A stretch of 35,772 nucleotides of DNA from a phage: NCBI GenBank assembly GCA_019566835.1, contig GCA_019566835.1_3045.2, one strand, 5' to 3'. A program made the translations under genes and the position numbers. The notes under the pieces are model-generated. The model ran no database searches. It saw only the letters and a program-made list of their open reading frames with translations, and was not told the DNA's origin. Every line of letters starts with the position of its first letter. Position 1 is the first letter of the stretch. Shown piece by piece: positions 1 through 8,357 of this stretch.

Positions 1-81
1 CCTGCGTCTCAACCTTCTCACGTTCCGCGATTTGATCAAATCGTAATTAAGGATTCTGTTCAAGATTTCGGCTATTATTAA
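1..81 (+). CDS. 3' end of the upstream late gene, probably tail-fibre gene 36 (partial)
   Basis: Frame 1 is open from the window edge to TAA at 79-81, which overlaps the AAGAGGA Shine-Dalgarno of gene 37. Identity is by position only. Confidence 0.3.
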   Translation, partial: PASQPSHVPRFDQIVIKDSVQDFGYY

Positions 82-89
82 GAGGACTT

Positions 90-3000
90 ATGGCTACTTT
101 AAAACAAATACAATTTAAAAGAAGCAAAACCGCAGGCGCGCGTCCTGCTGCTTCAGTATTAGCCGAAGGTGAATTGGCTATAAACTTAAAAGATAGAACA
201 ATTTTTACTAAAGATGATTCAGGAAATATCATTGACTTGAGCATTTCCACTGGCGGCAATATCAGTGGAAATATCACTCAAACTGGTGATTATTTACAAA
301 ACGGCACGTATAATCTTAATGGAAACCAGTTTGTTTATGCAGGAAAATACATTGAATTTTTACCTAAAACCGCTGGTAATGGTGCGTGGGCAAATCAACA
401 CCTCAATAAAGCTCCTATCTTTACAGATTTAAGTTCAACTACTTCTGTTTCAGAATATCATCCACTCATTAAGCAGCGTTATAAAGATGGGACTTTTTCT
501 GTTGGTACGTTAGTAAACGAAGGAAGTTTTAAAATTCATTATATTAATGAATCGGGAACTTCAAAATATTGGACATTTCGTAGAGATGGTGGATTTGTTG
601 TTGATACAGGAAGTTTGACAGTAACAGATGGAAATATTTCTGCCTCTGGTAATATTAATTCAGCTACTGGGGTAGTTTCTGCTCCGCAGATTAATACAAA
701 GACTATAGTTTTTGATACAAAAGCGTTCGGACAATATGATTCGCAGTCATTAGTTCAATATGTTTATCCTGGAACAGGTGAAGCAAACGGAATCAATTAC
801 CTTCGCAAATTCCGTGCTAAATCTGGTGGTACAATTTATCATGAATTAGCTTCTGCGCAAACCGGAAAAAGTGATGAACTTTCTTGGTGGACTGGTAATA
901 CAGCGGTTAATAAACAAATGGGCCTTCGCAATGATGGGTCTTTAGTACTACGACGTTCACTTGCAATTGGTACAATTACAACAGATGAAAACATCAATAA
1001 CTACGGTTCCACTGGAGCAATGGGCGAATGTTATATAGTTATTGGTGATGCATCAACAGGTTTATCATACAAAAAAACTGGGGTATATGACTTAGTTGCT
1101 AGTGGTCTTTCTGTAGCATCTATTACTCCTGATAGTTTCCGTAGTACGCGCAAAGCGATTTTTGGACGCTCGGAAGACCAAGGCGGTACGTGGCTTCTTC
1201 CTGGTCAAAACTCATCTCTTCTTTCAGTTCGTACTGAAGCTGACCAAAACAATAATGGAGATGGTCAGACACATATTGGCTATAATAGTAATGGTAAATT
1301 TTATCATTATTTTAGAGGCAGAGGAAGAATGGCCATTGGAATGGCCGAAGGACTTATTGTTGAACCAGGAATTTTAGATATTAAAACTGGTTCAAATACA
1401 TTAAGTTTGCGTGCTGATGGTACCGTCGCTTCTGTTCAAACATTAAAGCTTAATAATGGATTATATTTTAATAGCGATGGAACTAACGCTTCTCTAATTT
1501 TTAAAGCAGCTTCAGGTATTGATGGTACTAAACAAATACTTTGGGAAGGTGGTACTCGTGCTGGGCAGAATAAGAGCTATGTAACTGCTAAAGCTTGGGG
1601 AAATTCATTTAATTCATCTGGCGATCGTAATCGTGAAACGGTTTTTGAAGTATCAGATGGACAAGGATATTATTTTTATGCTCAACGCGTAGCTCCTGCA
1701 CCAGGTTCAACAACTGGTGCAGTTCAATTTAGAGTTGCCGGAGCATTATTAACTTCTGGCGGTATTACATCATCTGGTTCTATTGTTACTGAATCTAGCT
1801 TAGTTGCAAATAATGGATTATCTGTAAATGGACAAGCTAAATTTGGTGGAACAGCAAATGCATTAAGAATTTGGAATGCCGAATATGGCGCCATATTCCG
1901 TCGCTCAGAAACAGCATTGCACATTATTCCTACTCTTAAAGACCAAGGAGAAAATGGTGAAATAGGTAATCTTCGTCCATTGAGCATCTCACTTAACAAC
2001 GGTATGGTTCAAATGCGCCATTCTGTCACGTTAGGTGATGATGGTGCAGGCGGTAATATGGTGACGGTTGATAATGATTCTAAAGTTATAGTAATGACGA
2101 CTAATAGCCGTATTAGTCCTAACTTCCGTATGCAAATTGGACAGTCGTCTTATATTGATGTGGAATGTACTGATGCTGTGAGACCTGCTGGAGCCGGTTC
2201 TTTTGCTTCACAGAATAACGAAAACGTTCGCGCTCCGTTCTATATGAATATTGATAGAACAGATACAAGCACTTATGTTCCTATTGTGAAACAAAGATAC
2301 GTGCAAAATAATAGTTGCTATTCTATTGGTACTTTAATTAATGGTGGTAACTTTAGAGTTCATTATCATGAAGGTGGCGATGGCGGTTCTACAGGCGCAA
2401 TTATAAAAGATTTAGGATGGGAATTTAATAAAAACGGTGATTTTTATTCTCCTGGTAAATTAGGCGCTGGAAATATTAGAATAGGTACTGATGGTAATAT
2501 CACGGGTGGTTCTGGTAACTTTGCTAACTTGAATACAACTTTAAACCGTAAAGTTAATTCTGGTTTTATTACTTATGGAGCAACGGCAGGTTGGTACAAG
2601 TTTGCAACAGTAACAATGCCTCAAGCTACATCAACTGTTTCAATTACAGTCACCGGTGGAAATGGATTTAATTCTGGGTCATTTAATCAGTGTGCAATTT
2701 CTGAAATTGTTCTTCGTACAGGAAACAATACTCCTAAAGGATTAAATGCTGTTCTATATAGAAGAGGACTAAATTCATTTAGAGATATTGCTTGGGTTAA
2801 TACATCTGGTGATACATATGACATTTATGTTAATATGGGAACATATGCTAATCAGTTGATATTTAACTATAGTTCTGTTGATAACGCCACAGTTCAAATT
2901 ATTGGCGCATTCAGCTCAGCTCAAAATCCTGTTGATGCATTGCCAGAAACATATGTTAAAGGTCAGGTAGCAGATGTATTGACTAACTTAGTTGATTCTG

Positions 3001-3953
3001 GAAAAACGAAGCGTTTTGTTGCTGAATCTGAAATAGCTGTTAATAATCAAACTGGATTACGTATTACGAGTAACGGTGATAAATCTGGTTCAAATTCAGT
3101 ATTATTCAGAAATGATGGCGGTAGTTTTTATATTCTTTTAACAGATAAAAACGCAGCAGATGGAAATACGACTGCTACAGAAGGAGATTGGAATGGTAAA
3201 CGTCCTTTCCAAATTAATATGACTTCTGGTGAAGTAACATTTGGAAATAATATTAATATTTCTGGAAACGGAAGCATTAATTGGACAAAAGCCGGAGCAA
3301 ACCCTAGAAATATGAGAATATTTCATGCAGGTGATGCTTCTCGTGGTAACCGTATTGAAATCGCAGATGATACTAACTATATTGCTTACTTTGAAAAAAC
3401 TCCAGGTGGAGCTAACCGCTTTGTAGTAAATAATGCTACTGTAGCTGGTGTTAATCAAATGAATTCATTTGGTATTAACATCAATAACGCGCTTGGTGGA
3501 AATAGTATAACATTTGGTGATAGCGATACTGGTATTAAGCAAAATGGCGATGGATTATTAGACATATATGCGAACAACGTACAAGTATTCCGTTTCCAAA
3601 ACGGTGATTTGTACTCATACAAAAATATAAATGCTCCAAACGTTTATATTCGTTCTGATATTCGTTTAAAATCCAACTTCAAACCTATCGAAAATGCGCT
3701 TGATAAAGTTGAAAAACTTAACGGTGTCATTTACGATAAAGCTGAATATATCGGTGGAGAGGCAATTGAAACTGAAGCGGGTATTGTGGCTCAAACGTTA
3801 CAAGACGTTTTACCAGAAGCTGTCCGTGAAACAGAAGACAGTAAGGGTAATAAAATACTCACTGTTTCTTCTCAAGCCCAGATTGCTCTTCTGGTTGAAG
3901 CTGTGAAAACACTTTCTGCTCGTGTAAAAGAACTTGAATCTAAACTTATGTAA
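90..3953 (+). CDS. 37: Long tail fibre distal subunit gp37, T2-type with C-terminal intramolecular chaperone module
   Basis: 1287-aa ORF. N-terminus MATLKQIQFKRSK...LAEGELAINLKDRTIFTKDDSGNIIDL and internal blocks NAEYGAIFRRSE, AECTDAVRPAGAGSFASQNNE and KQRYVQ match the gp37 signature I recall from T4. Last ~99 aa (SDIRLKSNF...GVIYD...) resemble a self-cleaving fibre chaperone domain. Confidence 0.93.
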   Translation: MATLKQIQFKRSKTAGARPAASVLAEGELAINLKDRTIFTKDDSGNIIDLSISTGGNISGNITQTGDYLQNGTYNLNGNQFVYAGKYIEFLPKTAGNGAWANQHLNKAPIFTDLSSTTSVSEYHPLIKQRYKDGTFSVGTLVNEGSFKIHYINESGTSKYWTFRRDGGFVVDTGSLTVTDGNISASGNINSATGVVSAPQINTKTIVFDTKAFGQYDSQSLVQYVYPGTGEANGINYLRKFRAKSGGTIYHELASAQTGKSDELSWWTGNTAVNKQMGLRNDGSLVLRRSLAIGTITTDENINNYGSTGAMGECYIVIGDASTGLSYKKTGVYDLVASGLSVASITPDSFRSTRKAIFGRSEDQGGTWLLPGQNSSLLSVRTEADQNNNGDGQTHIGYNSNGKFYHYFRGRGRMAIGMAEGLIVEPGILDIKTGSNTLSLRADGTVASVQTLKLNNGLYFNSDGTNASLIFKAASGIDGTKQILWEGGTRAGQNKSYVTAKAWGNSFNSSGDRNRETVFEVSDGQGYYFYAQRVAPAPGSTTGAVQFRVAGALLTSGGITSSGSIVTESSLVANNGLSVNGQAKFGGTANALRIWNAEYGAIFRRSETALHIIPTLKDQGENGEIGNLRPLSISLNNGMVQMRHSVTLGDDGAGGNMVTVDNDSKVIVMTTNSRISPNFRMQIGQSSYIDVECTDAVRPAGAGSFASQNNENVRAPFYMNIDRTDTSTYVPIVKQRYVQNNSCYSIGTLINGGNFRVHYHEGGDGGSTGAIIKDLGWEFNKNGDFYSPGKLGAGNIRIGTDGNITGGSGNFANLNTTLNRKVNSGFITYGATAGWYKFATVTMPQATSTVSITVTGGNGFNSGSFNQCAISEIVLRTGNNTPKGLNAVLYRRGLNSFRDIAWVNTSGDTYDIYVNMGTYANQLIFNYSSVDNATVQIIGAFSSAQNPVDALPETYVKGQVADVLTNLVDSGKTKRFVAESEIAVNNQTGLRITSNGDKSGSNSVLFRNDGGSFYILLTDKNAADGNTTATEGDWNGKRPFQINMTSGEVTFGNNINISGNGSINWTKAGANPRNMRIFHAGDASRGNRIEIADDTNYIAYFEKTPGGANRFVVNNATVAGVNQMNSFGININNALGGNSITFGDSDTGIKQNGDGLLDIYANNVQVFRFQNGDLYSYKNINAPNVYIRSDIRLKSNFKPIENALDKVEKLNGVIYDKAEYIGGEAIETEAGIVAQTLQDVLPEAVRETEDSKGNKILTVSSQAQIALLVEAVKTLSARVKELESKLM

Positions 3954-3954
3954 A

Positions 3955-3972
3955 AGAGGGCTTCGGCCCTCT
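3955..3972 (+). promoter_or_regulatory. C(UUCG)G tetraloop stem-loop in the 37-38 intergenic spacer
   Basis: AGAGGGC-TTCG-GCCCTCT gives a 7-bp stem with a UUCG loop, immediately after the gene 37 stop and before the gene 38 SD. No clean U-tract follows. Confidence 0.45.
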
Positions 3973-3983
3973 AAGGATTTTTA

Positions 3984-4661
3984 ATGGCAATTGTAGGTGT
4001 TCCTGGCTGGATTGGTGAATCTGCCGTGAATGAAACTGGACAACGCTGGATGGATGCTGCAATGAAAGCAGTTCGCGTTTCAGTTCCTGGCTGGATGAGT
4101 TCAATGGCTGGACAATCTAAAGAAGTATATTATAGTGTTGGTGCTAGTAATTCTTATAATAAAGACACACTAATAAATTGGATAAAAGCTCAAGGCAGTA
4201 CTCCTGTTGTTATTACTATTACAGGAAATATTGTTTCTCAATCTACTGGTGTTCCATGCTTAGATTTTCCTAGCTCATTAACTAATGCGTATGTTACCTT
4301 AAATATTAATAGCGGGGTTCATGTATTAGGTCGGGGAGGAAATGGCGGAAGTAACTCTGCTGGTGGAGCAGGAGGAACTGCAATAAATAACGGAATTGGA
4401 ACTCGTTTAAGAATAAACAATAACGGTATTATTGGTGGCGGTGGCGGTGGCGGCGCTGGTGCTAGATACCATCCTTTCCCTCAAATGGATATGATATTTG
4501 GTGGCGGCGGAGGTCGTCCATTTGGCGCTGCTGGCAAATCTTCATATATTCAAGGTGGTACTGGAGGAACTGTTCACTCGGGTGGTGCTGCGGGTAAAGC
4601 TGTTACTGGTAATGCTCCAACTTGGACTAAAGTTGGTACAATATACGGTTCAAGAGTATAA
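3984..4661 (+). CDS. 38: gp38 tail-fibre adhesin, glycine-rich-motif type
   Basis: 225-aa ORF directly downstream of gene 37 with SD AAGGA. C-terminal half holds several glycine-rich motifs (GRGGNGGSNSAGGAGG, GGGGGGGAGA, GGGGGRPFGAAG, GGTGGT, GGAAG) typical of T2/T6-type gp38 adhesins. Confidence 0.8.
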   Translation: MAIVGVPGWIGESAVNETGQRWMDAAMKAVRVSVPGWMSSMAGQSKEVYYSVGASNSYNKDTLINWIKAQGSTPVVITITGNIVSQSTGVPCLDFPSSLTNAYVTLNINSGVHVLGRGGNGGSNSAGGAGGTAINNGIGTRLRINNNGIIGGGGGGGAGARYHPFPQMDMIFGGGGGRPFGAAGKSSYIQGGTGGTVHSGGAAGKAVTGNAPTWTKVGTIYGSRV

Positions 4662-4668
4662 TTTTTGA

Positions 4669-4678
4669 ATAAATATCC
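4669..4678 (+). promoter_or_regulatory. Possible late promoter for t (imperfect TATAAATA)
   Basis: GAATAAATAT lies about 20 nt upstream of the holin start; it matches the T4 late -10 consensus except at the first position. Confidence 0.25.
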
Positions 4679-4693
4679 TTAAAAGGAGGGTCT

Positions 4694-5350
4694 ATGGCAG
4701 CACCTAGAATATCATTTTCGCCCTCTGATATTCTATTTGGTGTTCTAGATCGCTTGTTCAAAGATAACGCTACCGGGAAAGTTCTTGCTTCCCGGGTAGC
4801 TGTCGTAATTCTTTTATTTATGATGGCGATTGTTTGGTATAGGGGAGATAGTTTCTTTGAGTACTATAAGCAATCAAAGTATGAAACATACAGTGAAATT
4901 ATTGAAAAGGAAAGAAATGCACGCTTTGAATCTGTCGCCCTGGAACAACTCCAGATAGTTCATATATCATCTGAGGCAGACTTTAGTGCGGTGTATTCTT
5001 TCCGCCCTAAAAACTTAAACTATTTTGTTGATATTATAGCATACGAAGGAAGATTACCTTCGACAATAACAGAAAAATCACTTGGAGGATATCCTGTTGA
5101 TAAAACTATGGATGAATATACAGTTCATTTAAATGGACGTCATTATTATTCCGATTCAAAATTTGCTTTTTTACCAACTAAAAAGCCTACTCCCGAAATA
5201 AACTACATGTACAGTTGTCCATATTTTAATTTGGATAATATCTATGCTGGAACGATAACCATGTACTGGTATAGAAATGATCATATAAGTAATGACCGCC
5301 TTGAATCAATATGTGCTCAGGCGGCCAGAATATTAGGAAGGGCTAAATAA
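4694..5350 (+). CDS. t: Holin T
   Basis: 218-aa ORF with strong SD AAGGAGGG. Sequence MAAPRISFSPSDILFGVLDRLFKDN... with one transmembrane segment and a large periplasmic domain matches T4 holin as I recall it, same length. Confidence 0.96.
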   Translation: MAAPRISFSPSDILFGVLDRLFKDNATGKVLASRVAVVILLFMMAIVWYRGDSFFEYYKQSKYETYSEIIEKERNARFESVALEQLQIVHISSEADFSAVYSFRPKNLNYFVDIIAYEGRLPSTITEKSLGGYPVDKTMDEYTVHLNGRHYYSDSKFAFLPTKKPTPEINYMYSCPYFNLDNIYAGTITMYWYRNDHISNDRLESICAQAARILGRAK

Positions 5351-5623
5351 TTATTTGTTCGTATACATCTCTAGATATCGATATACACCCTCAAAACCCT
5401 CGTTGAATTCGTCGATGAGGGTTTTCTTATCTTCTTGAGTTAATTCAGAAACAATTTTACGGAATGAATTCTGATTTAATTTTCTACCTTCATGCGTTAC
5501 TCCAATCTCATTCAGAAATGCAATAAAATTAGCACGATTCTCAACAATATCTTCTCTGGAAAATTTAATCAAAATAGACGCAACAGTAATAATTTCACGA
5601 ACTGTATCAATGTTTTTATTCAT
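5351..5623 (-). CDS. asiA: Anti-sigma-70 factor AsiA
   Basis: 90-aa ORF, MNKNIDTVREIITVASILIKFSREDIVENRANFIAFLNEIGVTHEGRKL..., convergent with t; length and sequence match T4 AsiA. Confidence 0.95.
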   Translation of the reverse strand: MNKNIDTVREIITVASILIKFSREDIVENRANFIAFLNEIGVTHEGRKLNQNSFRKIVSELTQEDKKTLIDEFNEGFEGVYRYLEMYTNK

Positions 5624-5635
5624 TAACTATACCAC

Positions 5636-5788
5636 TCAATTAGTTGACTTTGCTATAATATCATCAGACGCTTGATTTGTAAACTGGTCTGTGGTATTTT
5701 CTTCAAAAATTTTTTCTACGAATTCCTTGAACGACTCGCGTTCCTGAGCTACATTATGCTCGATTACCTTTTCAAGATTATGACTCAT
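5636..5788 (-). CDS. Small acidic ORF (50 aa) between arn and asiA
   Basis: ATG overlaps the arn stop (ATGA). Its 3' half contains the asiA early promoter, so coding status is uncertain. Confidence 0.3.
   Translation of the reverse strand: MSHNLEKVIEHNVAQERESFKEFVEKIFEENTTDQFTNQASDDIIAKSTN
5655..5684 (-). promoter_or_regulatory. T4-type early promoter upstream of asiA
   Basis: Minus strand reads GTTTAC, 18-nt spacer, TATTAT, with an AT-rich upstream region. Confidence 0.6.
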
Positions 5789-6063
5789 TCGAAATAATCT
5801 TCAATTTCATAATCATGGACATAAATCATTATAGTTTTTAATACATCATCAATACTTTTTCCTGGAGCTGGAATTACGTAAAAATATCCTGCTTTTGAGA
5901 GGTCTTTATAAGTTCCAATCAAGAAATCATTATTCTCAAGATGTAGTTCTTCAACTAATTCATTAACAATTGAATGGTATAGGTTTGGTAGAAACTTATA
6001 TAGCTTTTCTAGAATATCAATTTTGATTGTGTATTGAACCACGGATTGAGAATCAATAATCAT
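5785..6063 (-). CDS. arn: Anti-restriction nuclease Arn (anti-McrBC)
   Basis: 92-aa acidic ORF in the T4 arn position next to asiA; size matches. Confidence 0.8.
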   Translation of the reverse strand: MIIDSQSVVQYTIKIDILEKLYKFLPNLYHSIVNELVEELHLENNDFLIGTYKDLSKAGYFYVIPAPGKSIDDVLKTIMIYVHDYEIEDYFE

Positions 6064-6349
6064 AGACCTTCCCCTTATGTTTCTGTTTGCGATTAGATTC
6101 TTTAAACGCTTTCTTCTTATCCATATGAACAGAAGCTTTATTAAAATTATGTTTTGCGACTAAATTGTTCATAGTGCTGAATTACCTCTCTCAAACATTT
6201 GCATGTGAATGAAAACTTTTTAGCTACACCACATTCAAATATATGTTCTCTTAAATCGTGTGTATCCGTATAATCCCATCTCAACAATAAAATGCCGTAT
6301 TAGATTTTTATCTTTATCATTGAGAGAATTAAAATAATCAGATTTTGAA

Positions 6350-6646
6350 TTAATTTCCCTGGCCAAATTGAATCACCTTCAGTTGACGTTTTAGCTCTTT
6401 TATCATCTCTTCGTTCATCGCAATATAAAGATCGCGTAAAGCAGGTTTTAGCATGTCATTTATTATAGAACTAAATGGACATACATAATCTTTTCCTACA
6501 AGCTTTTTAGTAAATTCCATATCACAGAACTTAAATCCCGGCTCATTGGTATAAATTCCCCAATTAGTTGACATCATTTTATTAGCGTATTCCAGTGCCT
6601 GGATTTGATTCATAATTCCATCAATTTGAAACTTTTTAATATTCAT
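6350..6646 (-). CDS. Hypothetical protein (arn.x-position ORF)
   Basis: 98-aa ORF, tiled end to end with neighbouring minus-strand genes. Confidence 0.6.
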   Translation of the reverse strand: MNIKKFQIDGIMNQIQALEYANKMMSTNWGIYTNEPGFKFCDMEFTKKLVGKDYVCPFSSIINDMLKPALRDLYIAMNEEMIKELKRQLKVIQFGQGN

Positions 6647-7107
6647 TAGTAAAGGTCCTCAGAGTAAAGTTCTTTTTCACTACCACCGCGTTCAATACGC
6701 ACCTGCCCAGCATAAGTTGCAATAATCATTGCTTCTTCACGTGTCCAATAATTACTATATTGGTCAATAAACCCTTGGTCATCATCACAAACTTGTTGAG
6801 TAACTAACTGTGGTTTAACTATATCTAAAACTTCTGCCATGTCCTTAGAATAATGACGAGCGCCTGGAATAATAAGAGTTCGTCCATCTTTTAATTTAAA
6901 ACGGTTGGCTGCGCAGACAATTCGTCGTTGATACTTTTGATTTTCATCCCAATATGCAGTCTGCCAACAGATTTCAGGAACTTCTTTCAGAATATCTTCT
7001 TCTGTGCATTTATAACCATGCGCTTTAAATTTTTGAACAAGACTCTCCGGAGTCTCACGAGATAAAGGAACATTCAGCATTTTTAAACGATTGATAAATG
7101 GGTTCAT
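6646..7107 (-). CDS. Hypothetical protein (arn.x-position ORF)
   Basis: 153-aa ORF; its stop overlaps the downstream start. Confidence 0.65.
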   Translation of the reverse strand: MNPFINRLKMLNVPLSRETPESLVQKFKAHGYKCTEEDILKEVPEICWQTAYWDENQKYQRRIVCAANRFKLKDGRTLIIPGARHYSKDMAEVLDIVKPQLVTQQVCDDDQGFIDQYSNYWTREEAMIIATYAGQVRIERGGSEKELYSEDLY

Positions 7108-7433
7108 TTAAACCATCCTTTAATACGCTGCCACAAAGTTTTCTGCTGAGTTTTGTTAACACCAATTGAGCGAATAACTGGTTGAGATTCCTGGAATTCT
7201 TTATAATCAGCAAGGTAAATTTCGTAAGCTGCATCCGTAAATGAACTTATCGCTGCCATAAAATTATTGCGAATACCTATTGGAGCATCTTTACTGTCAC
7301 GAATAATCATGTATTTACCAGTCTTAATCTTTACAATAGTTCCAAGATAAGCTCCATGGTACCAAATGTCCCACCCCTCTTGAGTGGGTTCTGCACAACG
7401 ACGAAGTTCATTGATAATTTCTAACTTGTTCAT
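7104..7433 (-). CDS. Hypothetical protein (arn.x-position ORF)
   Basis: 109-aa ORF; 4-nt overlap with the next gene. Confidence 0.65.
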   Translation of the reverse strand: MNKLEIINELRRCAEPTQEGWDIWYHGAYLGTIVKIKTGKYMIIRDSKDAPIGIRNNFMAAISSFTDAAYEIYLADYKEFQESQPVIRSIGVNKTQQKTLWQRIKGWFK

Positions 7434-7443
7434 TATTTATTCC

Positions 7444-8079
7444 TCACAGTTCAGATGCTACAGTGATTACTGCTTCAATGTTTTCTGCCGAGCGTTTAAT
7501 GTCAAGATACACATTACCGTTTTTAGCGATTTTACAAGACATTCCGATATCAGTAAATTTCTGAATATGATGTTCCATCATTTTGTATCCAAAAATTCGC
7601 ATATTTCCATTATTGTTAATTTCAAAATTGCGAATTCCGTGGGTGCGTTTTTCTAAAATAGCGAGATAGTTACTGCGATAAGTTTCAACCTTTTTAAGAA
7701 CAAATCCATTTTCATCTAAAAGTTTTAACATAAAGTCTTTATCTTCTTCCATATCAGAAGTAATCTCGCGAGCTTTACGAGTTGCTCGTTTTTTCAGCAG
7801 TTCAGGAGCGTTTTCCTGTGCATATAAAGTTGCTGCGTTTGAAATAATATCTTGCGCTTCGCCTGTGATGATTAATCCATCACCTGATTTCTCTACCAGG
7901 CCTTTTTTAATCAATACCCCAATATTACTATTAACTACTGCGTTACCTAAATCTGGATGCACCTCACGAACTTCTGCGGCTGTAATGAAATCTTTCTTAG
8001 CAATAGTAATTAAAATCGCAGCAGTTTTTTCATTCAGAACATCGTTAGAAGCTTTGATGATGTAAGTTACTTTAGACAT
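7444..8079 (-). CDS. motA: Middle transcription activator MotA
   Basis: 211-aa ORF, MSKVTYIIKASNDVLNEKTAAILITIAKKDFITAAEVREV...; length and sequence match T4 MotA. Confidence 0.95.
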   Translation of the reverse strand: MSKVTYIIKASNDVLNEKTAAILITIAKKDFITAAEVREVHPDLGNAVVNSNIGVLIKKGLVEKSGDGLIITGEAQDIISNAATLYAQENAPELLKKRATRKAREITSDMEEDKDFMLKLLDENGFVLKKVETYRSNYLAILEKRTHGIRNFEINNNGNMRIFGYKMMEHHIQKFTDIGMSCKIAKNGNVYLDIKRSAENIEAVITVASEL

Positions 8080-8120
8080 TTTCTAATCTCCGTAATTCTG
8101 TATCAGTAGTTGATAGTTGT

Positions 8121-8150
8121 ATAGTACCACAGTATGCTTTGGTTGTAAAC
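8121..8150 (-). promoter_or_regulatory. T4-type early promoter upstream of motA
   Basis: Minus strand reads GTTTAC, 18 nt, GTGG-TACTAT, with AT-rich UP region 8151-8180. Confidence 0.65.
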
Positions 8151-8174
8151 CGTTTTGTGAAAAAAATTTTTGAA

Positions 8175-8203
8175 ATAAAAAAGGGAGAGCCGAGGCTCTC
8201 CCT
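8175..8203 (-). terminator. Rho-independent terminator
   Basis: Perfect 9-bp GC-rich inverted repeat GGGAGAGCC/GGCTCTCCC followed on the minus strand by a 6-U tract, just downstream of the 49-aa ORF. Confidence 0.7.
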
Positions 8204-8207
8204 AAAA

Positions 8208-8357
8208 TTACTGCATGACTGTGATAACTGTCATAATAACACGTTGAATTCCGAACGCAAGAAGACCTCCTGCTACGGCTGGAACAACACCTAAACCCGC
8301 CAGTAAAATGCTACCGGATACTAATGCAGCGCTTGTAATACCTATGAATGGACTCAT
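8208..8357 (-). CDS. Small hydrophobic membrane peptide (49 aa)
   Basis: MSPFIGITSAALVSGSILLAGLGVVPAVAGGLLAFGIQRVIMTVITVMQ. ATG overlaps the gene 52 stop (ATGA) and SD GAGGAA sits inside the 3' end of gene 52. Confidence 0.5.
   Translation of the reverse strand: MSPFIGITSAALVSGSILLAGLGVVPAVAGGLLAFGIQRVIMTVITVMQ

Noticed and set aside
47-3458. Minus-strand ORFs inside gene 37 (47-277, 1724-1999, 3138-3458) and plus-strand ORFs 1162-1377 and 3694-3906
   Set aside because: They lie antisense to or out of frame within the 1287-aa gp37 gene, lack SD sequences and have low-complexity translations; they are shadow ORFs.
5340-5360. Palindrome AAATAATTATTT at the convergent t/asiA junction as a bidirectional terminator
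   Set aside because: It is AT-only and too short to form a stable stem; it is probably just back-to-back stop codons.
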